Source: Bugula neritina (taxonomy: Eukaryota; Animalia; Bryozoa). From it: a DNA stretch of 64,000 bases. The notes below the pieces were generated by a model. It was not told where the DNA came from and did not search any database. It saw only the letters and a program-made list of their open reading frames with translations. Where the stretch lies: positions 22,319,504 to 22,383,503 of the forward strand of contig OZ037765.1 of NCBI GenBank assembly GCA_964035545.1, written 5' to 3'. Of this stretch, positions 13,901 to 28,136 are shown piece after piece. Numbering within the stretch: the first letter of the stretch is position 1; each line of letters begins with the position of its first letter. A program made the translations under genes and the position numbers.

Positions 13901-16900
13901 TTTTTTTTTATTCGCAATATTGTAAAATACATCGGCTTGCTCTACTAAGTGCATTAGTTATATTCTGAGCCCTTAAGAAATCAGCTATAAGAGAAAATTA
14001 TATTGTATGCAAGACGCTGTTATGCAGCACATATTTAAGTACTATTTTTTACATTATGTAAAGTACGGTACATTTACACCAATTCATTTTATGAAAAGTG
14101 TTTTGACAATGTAGTTACTATTATTACTCTTTTTAAACACTAGTAAGTTACATCTAAAAGGCGGATGTCAACTGAACTGGTTATAATTTAAATTTGACAC
14201 CCTTCAGAAAATTCTCTGCAACTGTGCTATAAGAAATACAACACATTAATTGTATTCACACGAAATTCCTGAGAATTGCTGCAAACACTTATAATCACCT
14301 AATTTTGCAGTTTATTAAAAATTTTGCATATAGATGCTAAAAAATTTTCAGCAATAATCGTTGACAAATTCCCCCCCCCCCAAAGGAAAACACAGATCTT
14401 ATTTTAAAATAAATATTTTTGAGTTTCAAGAAAATAACCATGAGAGTTTAATCATAATTTTGTTTAACACTGCAGCAGGAAAACACAGAATAAAAATCCA
14501 GATGGTATCTATTATTAAAGCAATAGTTTTATGCTTAAAACAGCATAGGAAGAGCACTCGGCCAAGAGAAAATAATTATTTTGCACTGATGCAGACTAAA
14601 ATAAATTCTGGCTAAGAGCTATGGAGAGATATACCATCTCATAAGCCATTACTTTTTAGTCTATTGTTGCTTCTACAATTATTAATTAAAGATAAAAAGC
14701 CATTTATCAAGTCAAGATTCTTGGAGATGTTTTCAAGAACTTCCCAAGCAGCTTTAGCATACAACCAAAAATAATTATTTCCCTACTTTAAAGTGGGAGT
14801 TGTCTCCCGCTTTAATATGCAAGAAAGATTTAGGTTCTTTAAATTCATGAATGAGAAAGTGAAACAGATGAATATCACCATGCAAGATGCACTTTTCACT
14901 GAAGTAATCCATGTAAAAGATAAATGTGATGCAACGTTAGAACTTCATACATACACTTGATATAATGCTGAGTTATCAATCAACAGAACGTATGAAACAT
15001 GAACAAACATTTCCAAAACAACGGAGAGTTTAAGGAGACAATCAGTGATGAGTGATGAAGACCTTCTAGAACACAGCATGCTAGCAACACATGCAGAGAA
15101 ACTTCTATTTTAAAAAAATGGTAAAGTGCCATAATTTGGCATCTCCGCAGCCTTATTTTCTGAGTCAATTTTTTTGCTAAGCATACACTTCAGCTCTATT
15201 AAACTTATATTATAGCTTGAGATGGATTTGCTTAAATTTTTTATTGAAGAAAATGAAAAGGTGAATCTTTGAATAATAACTCAATATTCATTATAAATAT
15301 GACCTATTAAAGAGCACTAACCGCCATAAAGTTTACTAATCATTATTATTCTATTGGTAAACATACAGGTTTATAAACATATACACTTCTGACTTTCCCT
15401 GAAGTAAAGCATAGAAATTTTGGGCAGCTACTTTCTTGCAAACTTATCAAATTTAAGACATGCAGATTTTAACATACGCAAAAGATGTTATTGCTTCTGT
15501 TAAGACTTTGAAATGCTAGTTGGTTGGCTAGTAAAAGCTGAATCGGTCCATTTCAAAAGAATAAATTTACAAAGTTAATAAACATTGTAGTAAAAGTCTG
15601 ACTTGCTGATGCCTATATTTAACAGTTTAAAATCTAAACTAATAAACATTGCAAAACTCAATGGGATTGGTTAGCTTCTAAAGAGGTGAATAAATGCCGA
15701 TATACAGAAAATGAATCAAACATATAGGCCACCATTCCAAATGCTAAAGAATCATCAGTTTTGGGAAAATTAGCATACTTACTACTTAGCAAACCATGAA
15801 AAATAAAAATAGACCCAGTACCTGCAACCTGTGCTTTTCAAACAGCTGCTGATCTCGAAGCTGCTGTTTCAACAGCAGAACTTGTCTATGGGCATGTTCA
15901 ACAAGGGCTGCAAGCTGGGCTGGGCTAAGCTTGTCTCCTGTGTAAATATACTCAAGTGAGCCGGAGTCAAAATTTGGTGCTCAACAGTTTAATTGACTAG
16001 AATACCCAGCAGCTGCTGCTGTTGCCCTGCTAAATTTAACTTCAGCATTAGGGCAAGGACAAGTTCCAATATTTAAAAATAGCTCACTATAATAACAATC
16101 TCCAGCTCACTCTGATTTATTGTGATTTTTAATATTTCAGTTTTAATAAGTTGCCAAATCCTATTGACATTTTATAACTTTAAAAGTATTTGACTTTTGG
16201 CAGGTGAATATAGTGGATTTAAATTACAGTTGCTAGAAGCTTCTACAATTATATGCAGGCTCTGATTCAAACAGTTCATCAGTGACCTTTAATTTTAAGG
16301 TCACACTATTGACAAAGACACAGTACTATATTTAGTTATTGGACCCTGTAAAAAATAGTGAAATTCTAATTATTGATATCAACACCATGGCAATCAACGT
16401 CTGTTTAAATTTTAATTCTTGGAAATAGTATCAATCTAAAGTCAAAACTAATTTGACATTTAACACTAATAGGGCATGTTCAGGCAGTTATTACATATCA
16501 CCTTTTTGGTCTAGTCGGGACTTGGGAAATTTCCCTTGAAGCTCTTGTTGGAATAAGATTTCTTGCTCATGCAGATTTTTATAGTACTCTTTCATAACAT
16601 CTGTAAGCTTATCAACATTGGCCAGGCGAGCTGTGGAGTGATGGAGTTCGTCTGAAATATCTTTAGCCTGTTTCTCAAAACTAAACCCACCAATAAAAAC
16701 ATGCAATTATCATGTTAAATAACAAAGCAATCATGAAGTCATGGCCACCCAACTACTTTTAAAATGCAAATATTTTCTCATGCAAAAGGTAATAAAAATT
16801 CAAATTAGGATACTCAATTTGAAAAATAATAAATAAACTTGAAATAGTCCACATAGTCAAAAATTGCTATTTACTTTTATTACTTTGAAAAATAGGTTTT

Positions 16901-19900
16901 CCCCAATTTAAAGGTTAAAAGACGATCATGAGAATTTTTTCCCAAAACTCTGTACAGTTTGGACTGATTAACAGCATGTAGTTCTCATGAACAGTAAAGA
17001 TTAAGTTTAGCAATATAATTATGTAGGTAATACCATAGGCACAAATATTTGAACATGGCTTATATTTTACAAATAAAATAATAATATAACAATTCATTTT
17101 AATGAGGGCAATTGTAATTCAATCAGACATCACCTGATTTTTGTTAAGGGGGTCATCATAAATTTGAAAATACAACTCAAAACACATGTTGTCTTGATTA
17201 TTAAATCTGAAGAGACAAATAGATGTGTGAGGTACACAGTCTTACCTTGGGATAGATGGATGGCCACTAGTCAAATCATCACCTTTTGCTTTTTCAATAA
17301 TGTTTAAAATATCTATGAGTAGTTTATCAGCAGCTTGAGTGACTTCTAGGGCATAAGACGATTGCTCCAAACTTGTTTGGCGTAGTTCACACACCCTGGC
17401 CCAGTGCTCTTGTGCTATCTAAAGTAGGTAATAGGTACACTGATTTCAAATTACTACTATCTCAAACAAAACTCATAAATGAAATTAAGGCAGATTACCT
17501 TTACTCAATCACGCAAGTTTATAGTCGCTATCCCTGTTATGTGAGTAACCCCTGATGGAAAGGACTTATTCATATGTGGCACAGGAGCAATTATGACTGA
17601 ATGCCCTTCCTAACATCTACAATGGCCTTCACTGGGGTTTGAACCCATGACTTTGTGTTTACTAAGCAAATGCTCCAAGCCCTAGGGCCTAGACCATGAC
17701 TTTACTGACAAACTTTTAATGACCAGTGTGGATTTCAAGAGGGTTGGTTTATGGGTATTGAGGGAGGCAATACATTAAAACTCACGTAATTAAAATATAT
17801 CAGTATTATAACTTGTAGCTGAAAATAAACAAGAAACACAACTCATTAACAATAGCTAAAAATTACTGCTTTTAAACTTTGAAATCTTATAATTGGGCAT
17901 AAATACTACTTTAATTAGTCTACACTAGCTCTCATTGTACTAAAATGCTTGAGTATTCCCAAAATAGAATTAAGGTCATACAAAGGTGGTAGGTTTAGTG
18001 TAGTTTGCTAACAAAAATTAATTACACATTAATCACACCAAACTATTTTATTACTCCAATATAATATAAGGAGCATTAAAATACTACTTTTTCAATATAA
18101 TTCATGATGAATAATTTTAATTACACATCCGGTGTAAAATCATAAATTTATTTTTTCAATTTCATGTATTTTGATTATTGGAAAGATTTTTTATAAAAAA
18201 AAATTCCAGTAAAATTTCCTAGAAAAAAGCTAGAATCCAGCGAATAGAGAGCCTATAGAGCTATTCTGGCAATTTAAATATTACAAACATTATTGGAAAA
18301 ATATCCATCTTTTATTATTATTATTTTATTACCGGAATAACTCTCTGCAAAAGAATTACCTAGCTACTAAAAACCGTAACATAGAGTTTTCACAGAGCTT
18401 GCAACTACAAACAAAGGTGAGTTTAATCAACATATAGTTTCCTGTTGCCACACTAACAAAGAGGTTGAATATAGTCAGTACAATACTAACTGTTTGGTGC
18501 ACTAAGGTATAAACAAAATTATTACAGGAAAGCTTCATGCTTTGCTCTTTACTAATGGCAATTTAAATAAAAATAACATTTATACATACGTACTAGTTCT
18601 ATTAGTAATAATATTAGTACTTGTGTAGGCAATATGCACGAAAAAATAAATCCATGGTTAGGCATTTGGTTTCTTCAGATTTGTTGGCACGGCTGTGTTT
18701 TTTACGATATTCTAGATTAAAGAAGAAACAAAAAATACACTATATTTGCTGATTCATGTTTATCTATGACTCAGCCCTTCCATTGAATAGAACCATTGCT
18801 GGTAAATTCATAATTTTAGAATATAACTTAGAGATGTCACAACATATCTTAATAGAATATGGCATACATCACAGTATCTCTTGACATGTGTATAAAAACT
18901 AAATTAGATATTTACATGTAGCAATTGTAATATAGTATTCACACTTTTAAAAATATTATGATGTTTTAAATGTTATAATAAAACAGTGAAAATTTTATAT
19001 AATGCTTGGGTAGGAGTAAAATGCATCATGTGGGAGGCATATATTGCAATGCACTTCCGCAGCATCGATTCTCTCTAGAACATCATACATAATATTTATG
19101 AACATCTGCATACAGCAATTGCTATTTACAATGCCTACTATTAACAGGCAAAGCAAATTATAAACTGTAAAAGATGGATCATCTCTAATAAAAATTAGCA
19201 TTAGTTGTGATTGACCATTAATAAGCTTCCTTAGTCACCATTGCTTAGCCATAAAATATTTGACCTTCAGTTAAAGGCCTCACATTACACGAATAACAAA
19301 ACTTTAAAAATTTGCTAACATGAACATTCTCACCAAATATTACAATATTATATACATAATAATGAGCCTTACTGGATGAATATGGGCTAGGAACATCTCT
19401 GAATTATAAAATGATGAATAATAATTTGGTAATTGGTGGCATTGATATAATGACAAATTTCTTTATACGTTTAGAACTTCTGGCACTTGGTTATCTTGTA
19501 TTTATGCTATATTTCATCAGAAATTTATTATGCATAAGAGCATATTATTCAAGTGACACAAGATTAGACAAAAACAAGAAGATATTGCTAAGAATAAGTA
19601 TTATACAATTTGTTTTACTCTAGCATTGTACATATATCACCACAGCTAGAAAACTAGGGCAGATAAGAAATTTATTTAAACATAAATTAGATCTATGGCT
19701 AAATATTAATTTCCGCCTATTTCTCATTCTCCTATGATAAAATGTTAAATATTACTGATGAAATTATGCATACATTTGAAAGGACAAGAGTTCAAACTGC
19801 ATTCAACTAAGACAATTTAAATATAGGTTATTTATAGAGAAGTAAAATAGACAAGCAATGATTATGAATAGTTAAATTCAGCTGGGAACAAGAGTTGCTA

Positions 19901-22900
19901 CTGCATTATGCAGCAGGAACCAGGAACTGTGTACTTTAATACATCTGCCAACATTGTTCTTCTGTCAGCTAATACATATTTAGTAAATAATAGACCATTG
20001 TATATATATTTACAGTTTGGCCACCTGCACTTGGTCACAAGTGAAAAATGATAATTTGTATATAGAGGACATATTGAGGTCTTGAAAAAATCACACAGAG
20101 AATTATTCACCCTTAATTATTAATTCATACTATAAAAATAAGAAACACTACTACTGCTACTTTTATCTTGTAGAAACAGTACCGCAGTCCCATAATTACT
20201 CATACCACAGCCCCAATAGCTCAACAATGTATCTACATTTGATTAGATCAAGTTGGCTTACTAATAACACTTTTCCAATTGAAACATATATTTAAATACT
20301 TAAAAATAATAATGAAAATGAAATTGCTACAAATACTTTTTGAAAAATATACATAATGAAGTTTTACTAGTTTTTTCTTTGTTATATATTATAAGGCCTA
20401 TTAGTAAAGAAATATAAAATGAGAATACAGATACAACTAAAACTAAGTCACAACTAACAACTACATCTTGTCAGTAACTTTCAGTTATATAGGTAACTGG
20501 CTATACTCTATAATACAATATAATATACAAATATACACTGTACATTAGATAAAACAGATGTTGCCCTTTTATCAAACACACTCCATTCATAACTGTGTAT
20601 TTATTAAAAACCACGTTACATTATATTTCCCCAAAAGGTGTAAAGTTTGCCATAGCTTTAATCTTATGAAAATTTTATTTTTTGCAATTCGTAATGCTTA
20701 TAATTTTAGATTTATTTCCAGTTAAATATTACTGATAAACCGGCATAAAGTATTACATGATGGCCATTTATTAAACAGTTAATCAAATATGTCATTTAAG
20801 CATTATTAATATGTGGCACCCAATAAACCACCATCTAAATGCAGTATATTAGAGACTGCATCAGACCGTATCTTAAGATAAATTATGCATTTTTATTATT
20901 AATCAAGTGTACATCATGCAAGAAAATTTCAGACAAAAAACAAGTCTGCAAGAGTCTGACTAAGTGAGTCACGAATGAAAACCAATTCCCATACAATACT
21001 ATTTAATAAAACTGCTTGGGGGTCGAAAAAATTTTTTGTTACGAATCTGGTACACTTAACTACCAGATTAAACTGATGGCCTACAAAATGTAGAATAAGG
21101 CACATGCTTTGGGGTTGTGACTAAAGAACAAATGAAATTATATACTAATTTGTAACAAAGTTTCATGTTTGTTTCAACGTGAAAGGCCAATGAGGCAGAG
21201 GTATTTTGATGTGCCTTGAAAATTATATATAGCCTGTGCTTTCAAAATCACATTCTCAACATCTGGAGAGGATGAAAATCGAATTTAGCATTAAATTTTC
21301 ATTTTCACACTGTTCCTAAGATTTTAGATAGAGCTGGGAATTTGACAAGTTGATCCCATTCAGACATGGAGTTATGTAACATATTCACTCTGCAGCAAAA
21401 AACTTAAACTTGTGCAAAAAATTGATAAATATTTCTCTAATGATTTAATCATTATAAATGCATACATATTTAATCATCTCTTAGCCTTTACTGGTATGTG
21501 ATCAAGCTGATAGTACAGCATAGCCCAATAATCATGCCAAAAGAAACTTGAAATAATTTAAAGTAGACCTACACAGTCAATGTCTGCGTCCATTGCTTTC
21601 TTCAGTTCCACATTGTACTCATCACTGACATCCGCTGCCTTAGAGTTCAACAATACTGCCTTCTTGGTGCTCTCTAGAACTTCACTAAACTTTCTGGACA
21701 AGATTCGCTCAAACTCTGTAATGATACCCGAGATATAGAGTATGTATTCAGGTTGAACGCTAGAAATATTGATATGCGGCATTTACATCAACTGTCAACT
21801 TTAAAACTTACTAGAAGTTACAGAATATGCATGTTACTTGTATAAAGTTACATTAAATAGCTTAATAGCATTATGGTCTATTCAAGTGTAATAACATATA
21901 AATGTCTCAAACTCTAAACCTCTATGTACAAAACGTCCAACCAATACATACCAGCATTCTTTGCCAACTTATTCTCTTCAAACTCTTTAGCAGCTTGAAT
22001 CTTAGTCTCCAGTGCCTTTTGGTCAGCCAGCTCTTTGGCTAAACGAGACTCCTTCAGCTTTCTCAGTCCGTCAAGTCTATCCTGCTCCAGTCTATTCAAA
22101 ACATCTTCATCTTCTCTTGATCGTTTGCCTGTCATAGACGACAGCTTTTAGTAATATTTAAAAATATACAAATGAGTTCCTTGTAAAGCTATAGCTAGAT
22201 TGAATCGAAAATAAAAGCAAGTTATATTTTAGAGTGTGAGTTACGACCACTAAATTCCAAGCTGTCAAACTGACCAGGTAGCCGAGTGTCCTTGTTGAAA
22301 CGGCTGATGCTATTTGTGTCAGCTTCAGATCCGGCATTACTAATTACCATGCAGTTGGTCAAAACAGGAATCACAAGTCATTATGAGGGCTAATCGAAAT
22401 TTGCTACCTCAGTGATGAACACTTGCTTGTTGGCATTATAACAAGATGGCAGCAACAAAGGAGGCAGCACTTTAGTAGCGGTTGAAATTCATATCATTTT
22501 ATTTATCATAATATGCTAAATGGAATATTTAATACGCATTATTGTTTTACTTGGAAGCAGCCGTAGTCCAGGGTTTAGTTAACACGAAGTCATGGGTTTG
22601 ATCCCCAGAACAGGCCATTGGTGATGTTGGAAGGGCATTTAGTCGTAATTGCTCATTTGTCACAATAGTGAAAAAGTAGTAAGCCCGCTTAAAAAACCCA
22701 TTCTATCAGGAGGTCTCACAGGGATAACGACTATAAACGGACATGATTCTTTTTACTTATTTCTATTTGGAGAACAAAAGTAGCAGCTACCTTGTAATCA
22801 ACATACATCAGCAGCCATGATGGAATAACTGAGTACTAAGTCAGAGTTGCTGCAGTTAGCCATTGCTGATGACTTGTTTACTTGTGGATGCTCAAACATC

Positions 22901-25900
22901 ATCGAATTTATTCTAACTGAGAGTTTAGTAAATCATATAAGTAATTAAACCAATTGATTATTGGCTACTTGAAACACTCTGTCACATTTTCACATTTTAT
23001 ACTCCCAGTCTGAGATGATTACACATCTATTGATCCTCTTCACACACCTCAATGCTTACATATTAGCAAGCTTATTAAAAGATTAATAGTGAGTCAACTA
23101 CACATTTTTTTCAAAAAAAATACTATAAAAGTTAGTTTTCTAAGCTTTGTTCGGTAACAAAACCTCTCCAGTATTTAATGCAGAACTCCCAGCATGCAAT
23201 GCATTATTACTATATAAGCCTCCCTATAACTACCATCAAAACTTAAAGGGTAAACACTTAAGAAATTTATTCATTACTCCTTATATTTTACTGCTTGCAA
23301 TATAAATTAAAATTTCAGTAATGACAAGGCACTATGTATGCCTTGTATTTGGCAAAGGCTTCTTATTTGGAGACTACCAGCTAAAGCCAACGCAATATAA
23401 AGCTTAATTTAGACTTATCTTCTCACTTTTTGTGAGAAGATAACTTTAATATATTGAAGTATAGTTATTGTAGAACCAATAATTGCATATAGGTTGCTTC
23501 ATAGTTACACATTGAATCTGGAGATAGTGTGGCCTTGCAATAATATAAGTACAAGAAAGGAAAATGTGGCATTGTAAAGAAGAAGGCACGAAATCTAATG
23601 CAAACCTGCAACAAGTAGCTGTACACTGTCTTCAACAATACTGGCTAAGACAGAATCCCCAGTCTTTTCCACAGCTGCTGGAGTCTTAGTCGGTTGATTT
23701 TCAGCAGAGGGTTGGGACTTCAATACAGGTTTCTCAGGAACAGTTGGTGAAACTTTGCTAGAGCTCTTAATACTTTCCAATGCCTTGGATTCCTTGTCCT
23801 TATTTCGTGCATCAGTTACATTATGCGTCGTCTGTAAATTCGGTACTGGAGACAACCTGACAATTATTACTACAGAATAATTCTCTGGCATCATACACAC
23901 ATTAGCCTGCTTATATACACAAAAGTATACTGTGAAGAAAACAATCTAAAAGGAAAAATCGAATAACAAACAACATAGAATTTTCCCATTAAATGTGGTC
24001 AGGCATGCTTCTCTTAGATTGAACTGATTAGCCACCAACATGTCTACCAGATGAACTAAGCAGTGTTTTGGTTGCAGTGCGACTGTTTATACTCCTTCAT
24101 TTATTTGTTTTGTCATTTTCACTTTGTTTATATTACACTGCAAATTTTTTCTGGTGTATCTTCCATTACGAAGTCTTGCCTTAGTATGACGACATACATA
24201 CTGACAATTACTTAGCAGTACCACTATGTGCCTTACAAAATCGGTTATGTACTATTAACTAATGCCTTTTTATAAAATTTTTGTCTTCCTAAATTGAAAA
24301 AATATAGGCTTTTCATTTATACAAAAAGTACTGGGTAAAACAGAGATTAAAGTAATTCGGAGATCCAACACCTTCAAATATAACTACAGGTTTAGGAAAA
24401 CTACAATTTAAAGAAAATTAATAGCAATTATTTTTCTAGTTCATATTTTTGAAGAAGGCAAGAATGCTGCTAGACAAATGTAAAATGGGAAAACATTTTG
24501 TGAGTTTTAGTCAATTCAAATTAAATTACCAGCTAAATAATTGTACTTACAAAAAATCAAAACATAATAAAAAAAATTGGAGCAGATAACAAAACAAAAC
24601 ACTTATATTAATCAAACTTTGACACGATTATTTGCAACTTCTATGCAGTTCCACGAAAGGCATGCAAACGAAAAGGAGCGTTTTAAGAGCGTCAGTACAC
24701 GTCATAGTAAAAGAGATGAGACAACTTCAAATTGAAACTTTTCCAAAAGTACAAGAGGATTTAAAAAAAAAATTGCTGAGAGCATTATATTGTCTTGGAA
24801 GGTGTGCAACTTGAAGCTGGTAAGTTGGATTTAATAACAAAACAACCTTATAAAGAATAGTTACAGCATCATATTCTATTTAGTGATAACTGCTTCTGGA
24901 TATGCTGAGACAGGTCAAACTTACGGTTTCTTTTCAGTCATTATTCCTAAAGGATCCAACGCTAAAAATCCTCCCACAGCCACAACTCCAAGTGCTGTAC
25001 CACCTAAAATCTTTGACGCAACTCCTCTTGACTTATTTTGATTTCCTGGGCTGCAAAAAAATCAAATTAACTTTATTTTATTTGGCAACACCACATGCTC
25101 ATACCTTTTAAATATAATAAACATACATCCATTTAAGATAAACCTGCAAGTGTTGTATAATTATACTAGAATTCAACTAGTGTACCTTTGTTGTGGCTCA
25201 GGAGTGTAAGTGGAGTTAGCATCATACTTCTGAGATGGGGGTGGAACAGGTGCAGCACCTTGCTGTGAAAGTGTCCGACTCAGAGGAAGTTGGTAGCCAT
25301 CTTTTCGTGCACACAGAGCGGACTTATGCTTTATGAAATACATATTCACATAAAAGACAAACCTTTCCATAAACAAATTTTAAGCAAAACTTTGCTTTTA
25401 TACATGACTGATAGAATGCAAAGAGTAGCAGATATAATGAGCAACATAATGTAGAGCTAACTAGATGAAAGCTATAACAAAACCTTAAAGTCATTTATTA
25501 TATAAATCAATTATCAATTTGCTGGAGCCGTTTTGAAACTACACATCATATTTACATTTGGAATTAAAAGTTAATATTACAAAGAGTTTTATAAGCCTAA
25601 TTATAGAAATCATAGACATGAACAGACAGAAATCTTTCAACAACAAGCATTAGGCATACGTAGTATTTCATTCTCATCCCTGCACTTTACCTCAGCATGC
25701 ACGCAAAAAGGTTGATCATTGTTCTAGCATAACACCAACTGGTTATAGCGATATTATACTATGATATGTTTATTACCCACTACCATTGTCACTTGAAAAC
25801 ATGCAGTACCTTATAAACTTATGACCTACATAATGTAATATTGCAGTTGCTGTATAATCTTAGAATTTGTTGATGTTGAGAGTTACCTCTAGTTCAACAG

Positions 25901-26378
25901 CATGACTGACTTAGTTATATGGCAAAATTTATCAAATTATATTTCAAATAACCAAATATAAAAGGGCAAACATTTTTGAAAAATAGCTTTATGCGAGAAA
26001 GTTGTGCAAGAAAAATTTTGGGTAGTTATTTTTATTTACTAGAGTTACAGATAAAAATGGTAACAAAAAATTATGCGTCTAGCACTTTTTCCTTTCTTAA
26101 AAAAACTGCAGCCATTTTAATAACAGAAATGGGTTCAAGTCAATTTAACTAGAGTGCTTGCTAAATAAAGTAATTTAAATTCTTTGAGTGAAATGCAACT
26201 TTGACCTAGTTCTAATTATTATTAATGCATAATTATAATAATCATTACAAAATTATTTTTATTATTGCTATTGTAATCACTAATAGTGTTATATAGGTTT
26301 TGACTTCATCGTACTTGCTAGAATATAAAATGCAAATCTAACTCTTACCAAAGGAAGCCGTCCAGCAAATTTCAGCAT
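1919..26378 (-). CDS. IMMT: MICOS complex subunit MIC60 (mitofilin), multi-exon, 3' part runs off the left edge of the window
   Basis: Phase-consistent GT-AG exons (minus): 26378-26349, 25328-25186, 25050-24925, 23856-23606, 22339-22275, 22144-21952, 21715-21573, 17418-17246, 16680-16502, 15937-15822, 9152-9045, 2592-2364, 1985-1919. The protein starts with a basic presequence-like N-terminus (MLKFAGRLPLHKSALCARK...SRTLSQ), then a single TM segment (KILGGTALGVVAVGGFLAL) and a long coiled coil. Recognisable mitofilin motifs: KKAMDADIDC-IAQEHWARV, and DKLSPAQLAALVEHAHRQV (cf. human DKLSTDDLNSLIAHAHRRI, from memory). The C-terminal mitofilin domain is not in the window. Confidence 0.9.
4115..5841 (+). 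CDS. KolX-like / P2X7 cytoplasmic-ballast (Zn-binding Cys-rich) domain protein, ~208-227 aa, inside the Kolobok element
   Basis: Exons 4115-4309, optional in-phase 5192-5248, 5317-5524 and 5618-5841, all GT-AG and in phase. Acidic N-terminus with a GYQFEP motif, then WCTCHRC...SVCCR...CITLHPGV...VLEVAY and RFCSYRFLVFWLF...RRPLPACLYDWVQATFP, which matches the P2X7 ballast/nanor/KolX pattern. AATAAA at ~5915. Confidence 0.82.
6229..7477 (-). CDS. THAP zinc-finger protein (~204 aa), N-terminal part of a Kolobok transposase lacking the DDE domain
   Basis: Exons 7477-7224, 6720-6562 and 6430-6229 (615 nt, in phase). C2CH THAP signature CEAAMC...HMFKRP...EKWTKFV...RLCFQHF, with the AVPTI box in exon 2 and a basic tail ending RSKAVQC... 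Stop at 6229 and a minus-strand AATAAA at ~6115-6110. Confidence 0.8.
10204..10586. mobile_element. Small MITE-like element with short TIRs
   Basis: Perfect 14-bp inverted repeat gggtcattttactt (10205-10218) / aagtaaaatgaccc (10572-10585), extending imperfectly to ~25 bp. The right end is followed by T+TTAA; the left flank is degenerate. No ORF. Confidence 0.5.
17517..17700 (-). mobile_element. tRNA-derived SINE, copy 1 (degraded head)
   Basis: Homologous to 22553-22738 and 34616-34812. Shares a B-box-like gggttcaaacccc, the core ggaagggcattcagtcataattgctc and the tail gggatagcgactataaac. Confidence 0.7.
22553..22738 (+). mobile_element. tRNA-derived SINE, copy 2
   Basis: gaagcagccgtagtc...aacacgaagtcatgggtttgatcccc (B-box-like)...ggaagggcatttagtcgtaattgctc...gggataacgactataaac. 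Aligns by eye with the other two copies. Confidence 0.7.
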
Positions 26379-27049
26379 AGTGATATCCAGATAATTTTGC
26401 ACTTGGTCCTGTATGCAAGAGTTTGTACGGACACCTTTCAAACAATATTGATTCAACATGTAAAACTAAACAAATTGATGTGAATTGATTATCATGAGAG
26501 TAGTTTGGAAGATTGGCCAAGTGTAACTGACCTAACAGCAGCAAAAATAGACACCAGAGACCTAACATTTATTTTAACTTTTTAAATTTTAATATATTAC
26601 ATTCAAGTATTAAAATTACTATCTATTTTTTAATGGGCTATATCATTTTTAGTACAAATAAGTAGAAAATAAAAAATGAGTTTTTATAAATTATTTCAAC
26701 AGTAGCATTTCAAGCTTTTGAATGATTTATAAAATTTAAATCAGACCTTTTGAACTTATTTTATACAAATATGTATATTGCATCCAAATATGTAGGATGT
26801 GAATACATGAATAGGCTTAACATTGAAGGTCTATACTGGCAAAAGTGAAATGTCTAATTTAAATTCAAGATATATGACAAGTTACATTAATAAATATCAT
26901 TAATAGTATTGTTTCACAATTATAAAAATTAAAATAATATAACAATGAAACAAGCAAACACAGTTATGGAGAGTTTTGTAAGGAACAAAACCAAAACATG
27001 ATTTAAAAATGAGAAGATAATGAACAACACTTGCTAATAAAAAAGGCTC

Positions 27050-27800
27050 TACAGTCTACATGGTCACTGCTCTAAGCAAGTAAACCAATCGGAAGTACAC
27101 AATTGAAACTGGTTGAAATATGAGGGACTATTAAAGAAACAGAAGAACCGTTATTAATCATGTGACATTAGGCATGTCTCCACTAGAAACTACACGGCAA
27201 CTGTAATGGAAGAAAAAATCAGCAGTCAGGAGTGCAGTGCAGTATATAAAAGTGTAATACACACCCACTGGCAGTGAAAATTTATCACAATAAAAATTTA
27301 AGAAGAGACATGACCAGGTGACTTCAACAATTCACTGGAACTTGCGTACTATTCATGGACTCTGGAGAAACAAAATCCCAATTGACTACTGAACTGCTTA
27401 CGGACAATGATGCATTAAAATATTGTAAAGCTGCAACATACATGAGTGATAGGACTTATGATATTGCAATAATTGATAGGCTGAATTTGAGAACAATCAT
27501 CATTGGAAGACAAGAGAAAGAAAACATGCAGGATTCAGCACTGGAGTTGACCCCCACGGTAAATAGAGCTTTTAGGATCGAATGCAGAATTGTAGGCACA
27601 ATTACTCAAATACCACTGGCATTTAGAATTAATGTGAGAAAATACACAAAATACGCATTTAGCGAATAACCTTCAACAAATCACCTGGCTAGAACCAGTA
27701 AACTGCTATTGAAACCTATACCAACACCAATAAAAATAGCATCTCCAAGCTGTGATACAACTAATGATTAACATCACTATGACTAGGATACCAAATTAAT
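27050..27800 (+). mobile_element. Decayed 3' fragment of an RLE-type (R2/R4/NeSL-like) non-LTR retrotransposon
   Basis: Frameshifted remnants occur in the canonical order: WLKY/ETE, STRNY (27179), degenerate zinc knuckle, KKRHDQVTSTIHWNL (27300), then the ORF 27355-27669 segment TDNDALK...YDIAIIDR...TIII...EKE..QDSALEL...IVGTITQIP. The last segment corresponds to the PD-(D/E)xK restriction-like endonuclease. Boundaries are approximate. Confidence 0.7.
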
Positions 27801-27911
27801 TTTAATTATAAGAAAAAAATAAACAAGATCAAGTTCAATTTGAACTTCCCAATAGTCTAAAGCTCAAAAATATAAAATGAAATTATTTAAATAGTTCAAA
27901 AAAGTTATCAT

Positions 27912-28106
27912 TGGAATATAATGCGGTTTATAGTCTTTAGCAGATAAGCTACAAGCTAACCTGAGGTGATTGGCTAACTGCCTTACAAGCATTCGGATTT
28001 CCTACCAGCTTGTACGGCTTGGATATTGGCTATTGTGAGAGTGAAAGTAAAGACTGCACGAGGGACTCTAACACAGACTGTCGAGTAAGTAGGACCTTAT
28101 ATTACA
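27912..28106 (+). repeat. 5' LTR
   Basis: tggaatataatgcgg...ccttatattaca, direct repeat of 30498-30692. Confidence 0.95.
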
Positions 28107-28124
28107 TGGCGCAGTCAGCAGGAT
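28107..28124 (+). promoter_or_regulatory. Primer binding site, probably tRNA-Ser
   Basis: TGGCGCAGTCAGCAGGAT immediately follows the 5' LTR. It begins TGG (complement of CCA) and resembles the complement of invertebrate tRNA-Ser 3' ends (tRNA identity from memory). Confidence 0.8.
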
Positions 28125-28136
28125 TGTAGACAGTCA

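Noticed and set aside
23415-23443. 12-bp perfect hairpin ttatcttctcac-ttttt-gtgagaagataa
   Set aside because: AT-rich, intronic and single; compatible with chance or local strand-switch duplication.
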